Of a stretch of DNA of 32,000 nucleotides, positions 9,737 to 17,056 are shown in pieces. Below the pieces are notes generated by a model. The model had not been told where the DNA came from, did no database searches, and was given only the letters and a program-made list of their open reading frames with translations. The stretch spans positions 711,383 to 743,382 of the forward strand of contig NZ_KB849164.1 of the NCBI RefSeq assembly GCF_000367925.1, written 5' to 3'. The position numbers and the translations under genes were made by a program. Source of the stretch: Acinetobacter bohemicus ANC 3994. GTDB taxonomy: Bacteria; Pseudomonadota; Gammaproteobacteria; Pseudomonadales; Moraxellaceae. The first letter of the stretch is position 1, and each line of letters opens with the position of its first letter.

Positions 9737-10541
9737 TGCTGAAGATATTCATGGTTTAAATTTAACGTTAAAGACCAAGCCTACAAGTTTGGCTTTTGGG
9801 CGTGCTTTATATGCATTTGAATATGAGCAGCAACATTATTGGTTGAAAACCCAAGCATCGAATGTTAATCCATATTATGAAGCCGGATTTTTAAATGAAT
9901 TGGCTTTTTATCAACAATGTATAGCACAACAAAGCTGTGCAGATTTTTTGTTACCCTTTCAAATTATGCCTGACGTCGATATTTTCGCTAAGCAACAAGT
10001 ATCGGGGAAGGCTGTTTTAATTGTGGGACATGCAGAGGCATTGCTCCATGATTGTTCTGCGCTGCCGATTCAAGAGATTGAAAAAATACTATTACAGTTA
10101 CTCGATGCCGTTGATCAATTACATCAATTCGGTTGGATTCATGCTGATTTAAAAAGAGAGCATTTGGTTCAGTATCAACAAAAAGTGTGCTTGATTGATT
10201 TTGAACATGTACAAGAAATTAATTCACAGGTCGTATTGCAAAGTTTAACCGCAACGCCACGTTATATGGCACCTGAATTGTTTCATGCTGCGGCAAAAAC
10301 CGTTCAAACCGATATTTATGCGCTAGGCATCATTATTTATGAATGGCTTACAGGGCAGCGTCTGACTGCAAAAAATTATCAAGAGTGGGCCTATTTACAC
10401 TGTCAAAGGTTAACAATTGAACTTCCAGAACATTTTTTACGGTTTAAAAGGCTTTTAGATGGAATGCTGGCGAAGCAAAAAGAATATAGATTTACCAATA
10501 TTTACACTCTAAAACAGTGCTTAATGACTGAAATTGTTTAA
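9726..10541 (+). CDS. Minimal Ser/Thr protein-kinase-like protein
   Basis: 271 aa. 'HADLKREH' (HxDLK catalytic loop), 'IDFE' (DFG-like), 'TPRYMAPE' (APE) and 'DIYALGIIIYEWLTG'. The start is uncertain: there is no early in-frame ATG, and the TTG at 9726 overlaps the patatin stop by 11 nt. Confidence 0.7.
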   Translation: MQFNAEDIHGLNLTLKTKPTSLAFGRALYAFEYEQQHYWLKTQASNVNPYYEAGFLNELAFYQQCIAQQSCADFLLPFQIMPDVDIFAKQQVSGKAVLIVGHAEALLHDCSALPIQEIEKILLQLLDAVDQLHQFGWIHADLKREHLVQYQQKVCLIDFEHVQEINSQVVLQSLTATPRYMAPELFHAAAKTVQTDIYALGIIIYEWLTGQRLTAKNYQEWAYLHCQRLTIELPEHFLRFKRLLDGMLAKQKEYRFTNIYTLKQCLMTEIV

Positions 10542-10606
10542 GAAAAATACAGAAAAACCGTTTTTGTTTTTTATTTAAACAAACAAAACGATTTTTCATA
10601 AAAAGG

Positions 10607-10635
10607 TCTTGTCATCATGAATCGATCTCTATAAT
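10607..10635 (+). promoter_or_regulatory. Likely sigma70 promoter of the tRNA cluster
   Basis: TATAAT at 10630-10635. TTGTCA-like -35 at 10609-10614 (15-nt spacer; the TCTTGT/CTTGTC alternatives give 16-17 nt). The first tRNA starts 13 nt downstream. Confidence 0.5.
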
Positions 10636-10648
10636 ATACACAGCCATT

Positions 10649-10733
10649 GGGGACGTGGCGAAATTGGTAGACGCACTGGATTTAGGTTCCAGCGCCGCAA
10701 GGTGTGAGAGTTCGAGTCTCTCCGTCCCCACCA
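10649..10733 (+). tRNA. tRNA-Leu (anticodon TAG)
   Basis: Acceptor stem GGGGACG/CGTCCCC plus ACCA. Anticodon arm CTGGA-TTTAGGT-TCCAG, long variable arm and GTTCGAGTC T-loop. Confidence 0.92.
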
Positions 10734-10766
10734 ATTATTATCAAACTTGTTTGATAATAAGGTTAT

Positions 10767-10840
10767 AGAGGATTGGTGTAATGGTAGCATGACGGTCTCC
10801 AAAACCGTTCGTCAAGGTTCGAGTCCTTGATCCTCTGCCA
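10767..10840 (+). tRNA. tRNA-Trp (anticodon CCA)
   Basis: Acceptor stem AGAGGAT/ATCCTCT plus GCCA. Anticodon arm ACGGT-CTCCAAA-ACCGT. Close to E. coli tRNA-Trp in layout. Confidence 0.92.
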
Positions 10841-10878
10841 AGTTTTTAAAAAATCCAACAACATGTTGGTACCCTGAT

Positions 10879-10963
10879 GGGGACGTGGCGAAATTGGTAG
10901 ACGCACTGGATTTAGGTTCCAGCGCCGCAAGGTGTGAGAGTTCGAGTCTCTCCGTCCCCACCA
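10879..10963 (+). tRNA. tRNA-Leu (anticodon TAG), second identical copy
   Basis: 85/85 nt identical to 10649-10733. Confidence 0.92.
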
Positions 10964-10970
10964 TCATATG

Positions 10971-10999
10971 AAAGCAAGGTTATTAACCTTGCTTTTTTA
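10971..10999 (+). terminator. Rho-independent terminator of the tRNA cluster
   Basis: Stem AGCAAGGT (10973-10980) / ACCTTGCT (10986-10993), followed by TTTTTT. Confidence 0.8.
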
Positions 11000-11021
11000 T
11001 TGCCTGTATATAATGAAAAGT

Positions 11022-11050
11022 TAAATAAAAAGCCCTAAACAGGGCTTTCA
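11022..11050 (-). terminator. Rho-independent terminator of the small minus-strand ORF
   Basis: Stem AAAGCCCT/AGGGCTTT (11029-11036 / 11041-11048). The minus strand reads GGGCTTTTTATTT. Confidence 0.7.
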
Positions 11051-11101
11051 ATATATTGCATACGTTATTCTTTTTATCTCGATCTAAAAGTGAACTTGTC
11101 T

Positions 11102-11305
11102 TTAAGCTTTTAAATGATCTTCAAATTCTTCACCCAGTTGCATTGCAAGTGAATTCCCCGCTAAATCACACGTCACAAGACCATATTCTTTTTTAAAGCT
11201 AAACGTAAATCCGCGATTGTCGGTTAATGATTTTACTGAATAGCCTAATTTTTCTAACCAAATACGAAATGCAATTAAATTTTTTGCTTTAACAACTTTT
11301 TTCAC
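11102..11305 (-). CDS. Small hypothetical protein (67 aa)
   Basis: GTG at 11305 lies 7 nt after AAGGAG on the minus strand, and the gene has its own terminator. The longer 80-aa version in the ORF track lacks an RBS. No family recognised. Confidence 0.5.
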   Translation of the reverse strand: MKKVVKAKNLIAFRIWLEKLGYSVKSLTDNRGFTFSFKKEYGLVTCDLAGNSLAMQLGEEFEDHLKA

Positions 11306-11930
11306 GAGAGAACTCCTTGTATATATTAAATACCTTGTGGGCACTTCATAATTAATAGGGGTGAAATGGTTTTTTTTAAAGGGGAGATTTGTGCTGTTTT
11401 TTATAAAAAAATTATTTGGTTGGTTTTTTATACAAAAACAGGGTAAATAAGCATTAAAATTGGCACAGAAAATTAAATATAAAATGAATTTTTAGCTGGT
11501 AGTTTGGGCTGTATTAAACTGATTTATATTATTTTTATTGGTAGTGGCCAGTGTCATGAAATAATGGAAATATTTATACACAATTTTAAAAGCGTTGCTC
11601 AATCATTTTTTATCGGACTTTGGCTGACTATTGTTCTAAATTGCAGTAAAAGTACTAGAACTTAGCTGATTGAGGTGTTTTGTCGGCAGCTTAGATCAGA
11701 TAGAAACCACCTTAAATGAGTTTTGAACAGGATGTCTCTGCTGAATGCTGATACTTTTGTAAGATGATGGAATGATCACAGAAACGATTAAACAGAATGT
11801 ATGAAATCAAATTCAAAAGATGCAGCAACAAGATTTAATTCCTATTGCTGTCATGCTCGGGCATACAGATTGCTGATTCAAATTGAGCTATAGGCTCATG
11901 CTTAGATGTATCAAATTTTATCAGTCAAAC

Positions 11931-12662
11931 TTAAAAGTTATCTTTTAACTGTCTTAGTCGTTGGAATTCTGCCACATTTTCGACTCTTAAAAATGGGTTG
12001 GTTTCTAGTTCTAATTCAATTGTACTGGGCAGTGTGCATTGACTGAGCATGCGCTTGGCTTCAACCTCGTCAAAGCGCTGTTGAATCGCTAAATTGTCTG
12101 GTTCTACATGTAATGCGAATTTTGCATTTGCAAGGGTATATTCATGCGTGCAGTAAACTTTTGTGCGCGCAGGTAGGGCAGCCAAGCGATTGAGCGAATG
12201 ATACATCTGTTCGTATGTCCCTTCAAAGACCCGGCCACATCCCATAGCAAAAAGTGTATCCCCGCAAAAAACAAGCTCTAAAGCTTCAATAAAATAGACA
12301 ATATGACCCAGTGTATGACCGGGTACGGCAATAATTTCAATGTCTAAATCATGGAATGTGATTTGCGCTTGGTCTTGTAGCGGATGAGTAATAAAGGGAA
12401 CTTTAGTTAATTCTTCACGTGGGCCATAAACTGGAATATTACGATTGAGTAAAAGCTCAGGTACGCCGCCAGTATGGTCTTTATGCCAATGTGTGAGCCA
12501 AATTTGCGTTAAATTTAAGTTGTTTTCCGCACAGTAAGCTTCCACTAAATGTGCTTCAGTTGGGTCAATCGCAACAACATCCTTACTTGGTCGATGCTCT
12601 AATAACCAAATATAGTTTTGTAATTGATTTTTGACATCAATCATATGAATTTGAAAAGTCAT
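11931..12662 (-). CDS. gloB: Hydroxyacylglutathione hydrolase (glyoxalase II)
   Basis: 243 aa. Metallo-beta-lactamase 'THWHKDHTGG', 'PGHTLGH' and 'CTHEYT'. Confidence 0.9.
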   Translation of the reverse strand: MTFQIHMIDVKNQLQNYIWLLEHRPSKDVVAIDPTEAHLVEAYCAENNLNLTQIWLTHWHKDHTGGVPELLLNRNIPVYGPREELTKVPFITHPLQDQAQITFHDLDIEIIAVPGHTLGHIVYFIEALELVFCGDTLFAMGCGRVFEGTYEQMYHSLNRLAALPARTKVYCTHEYTLANAKFALHVEPDNLAIQQRFDEVEAKRMLSQCTLPSTIELELETNPFLRVENVAEFQRLRQLKDNF

Positions 12663-13049
12663 GAGATACGAGACCCGTGAAATAGATATGAATAAGCTAG
12701 CGTTAAAGTCGATTTTTTTCTAGTCGTAGAGTGCAAAAACATAATATTCAAGCACATTATCCAGTCTGAGTAGCACCGCTAAAACTGGATAGGAGTTGTG
12801 AAGTTTCGGCTTGGCTATTTAAAAATACCCATTCATGATTGGATGCAAACTTGATAAAGCCATATGGACTTTATCGTTATCGACTATTGAGCATCACGGG
12901 TTTGATGCGCTGCATAAGCAATCGTTGTTATCATCAAAGCTGAATTTTTGATTCATTGAGAAGAATAAATGTACGAAGAACATTAAGGCTTTAAAAGCAG
13001 CATTAAGTTTTGCTTTATAATAGAGACAGATTATCCTAAGGGAAGAAAT

Positions 13050-14438
13050 ATGAATATACCCTTGATATTGAATGTTATCGCATTTTTTGTCTTATTACTT
13101 TTATTAACCCAAACACGAAAAACAGATTGGAGCTTAGCGAAAAAAGTTTTAGTCGGTTTATGTTTAGGTGTCGCTTTTGGTTTGGTTTTGCACCTGATTT
13201 ATGGTGAAAACGCTGCTGTATTGAAAGACACCACTCAATGGTTTAATTTGATTGGTAATGGTTATGTAAAACTTTTACAAATGGTTGTTATGCCTTTGGT
13301 TTTTGTCTCTATCTTGGGCGCAGTCATTCGATTACATGATGCAGGATCATTGGGGAAAATTAGTTTCCTCAGCATTGGAACGCTATTGTTTACCACGGCA
13401 ATAGCGGCTTCGGTGGGTATTTTAGTGACACACTTATTTGGATTGAGTGCGCTTGGCTTAGTTCAAGGCACGGCTGAAACAGAACGACTTAATACGATTC
13501 AAACGGACTATGCTGATAAAGTATCTGATCTCAATATACCGGATTTATTTTTATCGTTTATTCCGAGTAATCCATTTGCAGAACTGACAGGTGCTCATCC
13601 GACCTCAATTATTAGTGTGGTTATTTTTGCAGTGCTTTTAGGCATGGCGGGTTTAAACCTAATTAAAACCGATCCTGAAAAAGGTCAAAAAGTGCTGGCT
13701 GCGATACAGGTTCTACAAGCTTGGGTCATGAAGTTGGTGCGTTTAATTATGACTTTGACACCTTATGGTGTTTTTGCATTGATGGCAAAAGTCGTTGTTA
13801 GTTCTAAAATGGCAGATATTCTCAATTTAGGTGGTTTCTTAGTAGCATCCTATGTTGGTTTAGCCATTATGTTTGCTGTACATGCGGTCATTCTATTGAT
13901 CACAGGTGTGAATCCGATTCAGTTCTTTAAAAAGGTTTGGCCAGTACTGAGCTTTGCATTTACCAGTCGTTCAAGTGCTGCGAGTATTCCTTTAAATATT
14001 GAAGCCCAAACTAGACGTTTAGGTGTGCCAGAGTCGATTGCGAGTTTTTCAGCATCTTTTGGAACAACGATTGGGCAAAATGGTTGTGCAGGCTTATATC
14101 CAGCCATGTTGGCGGTGATGGTTGCCCCAACGGTCGGCATTAATCCTTTTGATCCTATCTGGATGATTACCTTAGTTTGTGTGGTGACTTTAAGTTCGGT
14201 TGGCGTGGCAGGTGTTGGTGGTGGTGCAACATTTGCGGCACTGATTGTATTGCCTATGCTTGGTTTGCCAGTCACATTGGTGGCATTGCTGATTTCAATT
14301 GAACCGTTAATTGATATGGGCCGTACGGCATTGAATGTGGATGGATCAATGACTGCGGGTATGGTCACGAGTCAGTTGTTAGGTCAAACCAATAAATCGA
14401 TATTTGAACAAGATGCAGCCGATTTAAAAGAAATTTAA
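13050..14438 (+). CDS. Dicarboxylate/amino acid:cation symporter family transporter (L-cystine transporter TcyP/YdjN-like)
   Basis: 462 aa, polytopic. '[11 protein letters not shown]', 'GQNGCAG' and 'NVDGS' are characteristic of the DAACS family. Confidence 0.8.
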   Translation: MNIPLILNVIAFFVLLLLLTQTRKTDWSLAKKVLVGLCLGVAFGLVLHLIYGENAAVLKDTTQWFNLIGNGYVKLLQMVVMPLVFVSILGAVIRLHDAGSLGKISFLSIGTLLFTTAIAASVGILVTHLFGLSALGLVQGTAETERLNTIQTDYADKVSDLNIPDLFLSFIPSNPFAELTGAHPTSIISVVIFAVLLGMAGLNLIKTDPEKGQKVLAAIQVLQAWVMKLVRLIMTLTPYGVFALMAKVVVSSKMADILNLGGFLVASYVGLAIMFAVHAVILLITGVNPIQFFKKVWPVLSFAFTSRSSAASIPLNIEAQTRRLGVPESIASFSASFGTTIGQNGCAGLYPAMLAVMVAPTVGINPFDPIWMITLVCVVTLSSVGVAGVGGGATFAALIVLPMLGLPVTLVALLISIEPLIDMGRTALNVDGSMTAGMVTSQLLGQTNKSIFEQDAADLKEI

Positions 14439-14480
14439 ACCATCAGTTTTGATGAGCGTGTCCATATGATGCGTTTATGT

Positions 14481-14511
14481 AAAGCCAATAGATTACTATT
14501 GGCTTTTTTTT
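14481..14511 (+). terminator. Rho-independent terminator of the transporter gene
   Basis: Stem AAAGCCAATAG / CTATTGGCTTT with a 4-nt loop, then a T-run. Confidence 0.85.
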
Positions 14512-14604
14512 ATTCAAAATAATCTGTATCAATTATTTTTTAAAATCTGTCGCTATTTTGAGGTGATGAGTTGCGTAAAATGATGAAAAAATACAGTAAG
14601 GTCA

Positions 14605-15432
14605 ATGAATATGAAAATGTATCAGGTCGATGCTTTTACCAATGCGTTATTTAAAGGCAATCCAGCCGCAGTGATTGTGACCGAACAATGGTTGGATGAA
14701 GCATTGATGCAAAATTTGGCTTTGGAAAATAATTTGTCTGAAACGGCATTTGTAAAAGTCATTGACGCAGAAAATTATGAAATTCGTTGGTTTACCCCAA
14801 CAACAGAAGTCGATTTTTGTGGACATGCGACTTTGGCCAGTAGCTTTGTGCTGTTTAAAGATTTTACCTCGGCTAAAGTAATTCAATTTCATGTGAAAAA
14901 TTTGGGTGTTTTTGTGGTCAGCCAAGAGGCAGATGGCAAAATCAAAATGAATTTTCCAATTCGCCGTGCAGAGAAAATTACAGACTACCCTGAAATACTA
15001 AGCCAAGCTTTAAGCAAGCCATTTAAAAATGTGTATTTGAATAGCCAAGCCTATATTGTGGAATATGAGAATTCACAAGATGTCATAGATGAAACGCCAA
15101 ATTTAGAACTGTTAAAACAACTGGGGAAAATTCGAACGGCAATTACAGCACAAGGAACATGGGTTGATTTGGCTTTAACGGCGCAAGCTGAGCAATATGA
15201 TTGTATTTCGCGTTATTTTGCCCCAGCCAACGGTATTAATGAAGATCCAGTCACCGGTTCAATTCATACCGCGATTGCGCCGCTTTGGGCTGAAAAACTA
15301 GGTAAGAATGAAGTCTTAGCGTATCAAGCCTCACAGCGTGGAGGTGAGTTGTATTGTGCTGTGCTTGAAAATGAACGGATTGAAATTTCAGGTTATGCAA
15401 AATTGTATATGCAGGCAGAATTATATTTGTAA
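14605..15432 (+). CDS. PhzF-family isomerase-like protein
   Basis: 275 aa. 'YQVDAFT...FKGNPAAV', 'NLSETAF' and 'FCGHATLAS' are typical of the PhzF family. Confidence 0.85.
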   Translation: MNMKMYQVDAFTNALFKGNPAAVIVTEQWLDEALMQNLALENNLSETAFVKVIDAENYEIRWFTPTTEVDFCGHATLASSFVLFKDFTSAKVIQFHVKNLGVFVVSQEADGKIKMNFPIRRAEKITDYPEILSQALSKPFKNVYLNSQAYIVEYENSQDVIDETPNLELLKQLGKIRTAITAQGTWVDLALTAQAEQYDCISRYFAPANGINEDPVTGSIHTAIAPLWAEKLGKNEVLAYQASQRGGELYCAVLENERIEISGYAKLYMQAELYL

Positions 15433-15754
15433 AATACTAACTGATTTTACGCACGGCACTCATTAAAGGGCTGGTTGCACTGCCTTATATGTATTGCAAA
15501 GTTTAAATGACCTTTGTATAGGCATTATTTCTACTTGTATATTAACTTACATAGTGATTAGCTCTCACTATATGCAAATAGTAGAGTTTGGTTCTCTACT
15601 AAAACTTAAAGTTTGGTCAAAAGATAAAACCTACTATTTGCCCTAACCACTTGCACAACTCTGGACGGTAACTAAGCACTTTGATGCTGTATTCACAAGA
15701 AAAGACGGTGGTTATGCTGAAAGAATAAGTGAATAAATAAAGCAGGTGAAAATT

Positions 15755-16744
15755 ATGTTTTATCTTGGTATTGATGTTGCTAAAGCTAAAATTGATTGCT
15801 GTTTAATTTTAGAAAACTCTGAAAGTAAAAAGAAAACCAAAACTTTTTCGAATATGCCCAAAGGTTTTGAACAGCTTCAAACTTGGCTAAATCATCATGC
15901 TGCAAATTCTACGCAGACCATTATTTTAATGGAAGCCACTTCTATTTATCATGAACGCTTAGCTAAATATTTATTTGATGCAGGCTATCAAGTCTGTGTA
16001 ACCAATCCCGCTAGAGCTCGATATTTTGCTCAGAGCATGTCTAAGCTGAATAAAACAGACAAGGCTGACAGTGAAGTTCTAGCTCGATTTGCGATGACTG
16101 CGGATCTGCATTTTTGGCAGCCTTTACCCGAACATATTCAATTACTGAATGCTTTGCTGGATAGAAGAGCTGTACTTTGTGAAGATTTACAACGTGAAAA
16201 AAATCGTTTGGAAAAAGCAGAGTCTACCTTCACGATAGAACCTGTACTTCAGTCTATCCATAAGAGTATTAAACAGTTAAACAAACACATTCAGGATATT
16301 GATCAGCAAATTGATGATCACATTGATCAAAATCCTGATTTAAAAAATGATAAAGAATTGCTCAGCAGTATTCCAGCCATTGCGGATCGCACCAGTTTAT
16401 TAATGCTCAGTTTCTTGCGCAGCCATAATTTTGAAAGGGCTAGTCAAGCGGCTGCCTTTGTCGGCTTGGTCTCCATTCAAAGGCAATCGGGTAGCTCCAT
16501 TCATGGCAGAAGCCGTTTATCCAAAGCTGGCTCTTCCAAAATACGTGCTGGTTTATATATGGCAGCCATTGTCGCAACTCGGCATAATCCCCACATTAAA
16601 GAGATGAATGAAAGGTTATTGGCCAATGGTAAAACCAAGATGATGGCGATTGGAGCTGCGATGAGGAAGTTAGTTCATCTTTGTTATGGTGTACTCAAAC
16701 ACCAACAGCCTTATCAAGAAAATTATTGCATCAATTCTCAATAA
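15755..16744 (+). CDS. IS110-family transposase (DEDD RuvC-like N-terminal domain plus Transposase_20-type C-terminal domain)
   Basis: 'MFYLGIDVAKAKID', 'LMEATSIYHE', 'VTNPARARYFAQS..KTDKADSEVLARF' and 'LSSIPAIADRT'. ATG at 15755 sits 6 nt after AGGTGA; the ORF track starts at GTG 15746. Confidence 0.9.
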   Translation: MFYLGIDVAKAKIDCCLILENSESKKKTKTFSNMPKGFEQLQTWLNHHAANSTQTIILMEATSIYHERLAKYLFDAGYQVCVTNPARARYFAQSMSKLNKTDKADSEVLARFAMTADLHFWQPLPEHIQLLNALLDRRAVLCEDLQREKNRLEKAESTFTIEPVLQSIHKSIKQLNKHIQDIDQQIDDHIDQNPDLKNDKELLSSIPAIADRTSLLMLSFLRSHNFERASQAAAFVGLVSIQRQSGSSIHGRSRLSKAGSSKIRAGLYMAAIVATRHNPHIKEMNERLLANGKTKMMAIGAAMRKLVHLCYGVLKHQQPYQENYCINSQ

Positions 16745-16900
16745 TCCTCTTGATATCTGAGACGGTATCTTTTGAAAGGTCAGAAGTAGACAAAACCTTT
16801 TGTTGGTCTGAGCGAACATCCTTGTACGCCAGCCCAACGGGTAGCATCCATGCCACCTGTCCGCGGAATTAATTTTTTCTATAATTTAGTCTGGCAGATT
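16745..16900 (+). ncRNA. Candidate IS-encoded guide (bridge/seek) RNA in the right end of the IS
   Basis: Visibly GC-richer than the surrounding intergenic DNA. Hairpin AAAGGT (16775-16780) / ACCTTT (16795-16800) is flanked by TCTGAGACGGTATC (16756-16769) and TCTGAGCGAACATCC (16807-16821), which match 15660-15671 and 16908-16919 respectively. The extent and even the transcribed strand are not established. Confidence 0.35.
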
Positions 16901-16944
16901 TAAGCGGCTGCGTAACATCAGACACTAATCAAGATGAGCGACAA

Positions 16945-16971
16945 AGCCGTTGAAATAAACGGCTATTTTTT
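16945..16971 (+). terminator. Rho-independent terminator
   Basis: Stem AGCCGTT (16945-16951) / AACGGCT (16958-16964), then ATTTTTT. It lies just beyond the proposed right IS junction. Confidence 0.65.
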
Positions 16972-17056
16972 CAAAAAACTACTATTAAAAATAAGAATCA
17001 TTTCCTAAGATGGCAGGGTTATAAAAATTCATATGACTGAATAAATTGGAATAATT

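Larger units (their letters stand above)
15664..16910 (+). mobile_element. IS110-family insertion sequence (IS1111-like layout); boundaries are approximate
   Basis: Contains an IS110-type DEDD transposase gene, a short 5' non-coding end and a longer structured 3' non-coding end. There are no terminal IRs, only an imperfect sub-terminal IR (15704-15720 vs 16842-16862). CTG is repeated at both proposed junctions (15661-15663, 16908-16910). An alternative right junction is the TCTGG repeat at 16890-16894. Confidence 0.6.

Noticed and set aside
11564-11665. 33-codon hydrophobic ORF as a type I toxin candidate
   Set aside because: There is no Shine-Dalgarno sequence upstream, no obvious promoter or terminator, and no overlapping antisense RNA signal that I could identify.
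10964-11930. tRNA-linked genomic island or integrase remnant
   Set aside because: No integrase-like ORF is present, and I found no duplicated tRNA 3'-end (att-like) sequence downstream. Only the weaker 'decayed remnant' idea is kept, as a finding.
13919-14368. 149-aa minus-strand ORF inside the transporter gene
   Set aside because: It lies entirely antisense to a well-supported membrane transporter CDS and has a low-complexity Pro/Thr/Ala composition typical of shadow frames. The same reasoning applies to other embedded antisense or alternate-frame ORFs in the track (for example 1800-2099, 2354-2680, 4553-4765, 5225-5515, 6368-6838, 7322-7546, 14647-14925, 18989-19301, 20503-20751, 22557-23657).
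16681-16872. 63-aa plus-strand ORF spanning the transposase 3' end and the IS right end
   Set aside because: It overlaps the transposase CDS in another frame and has no RBS. The region is better explained as structured non-coding IS end, and the open frame is probably a by-product of its higher GC content.
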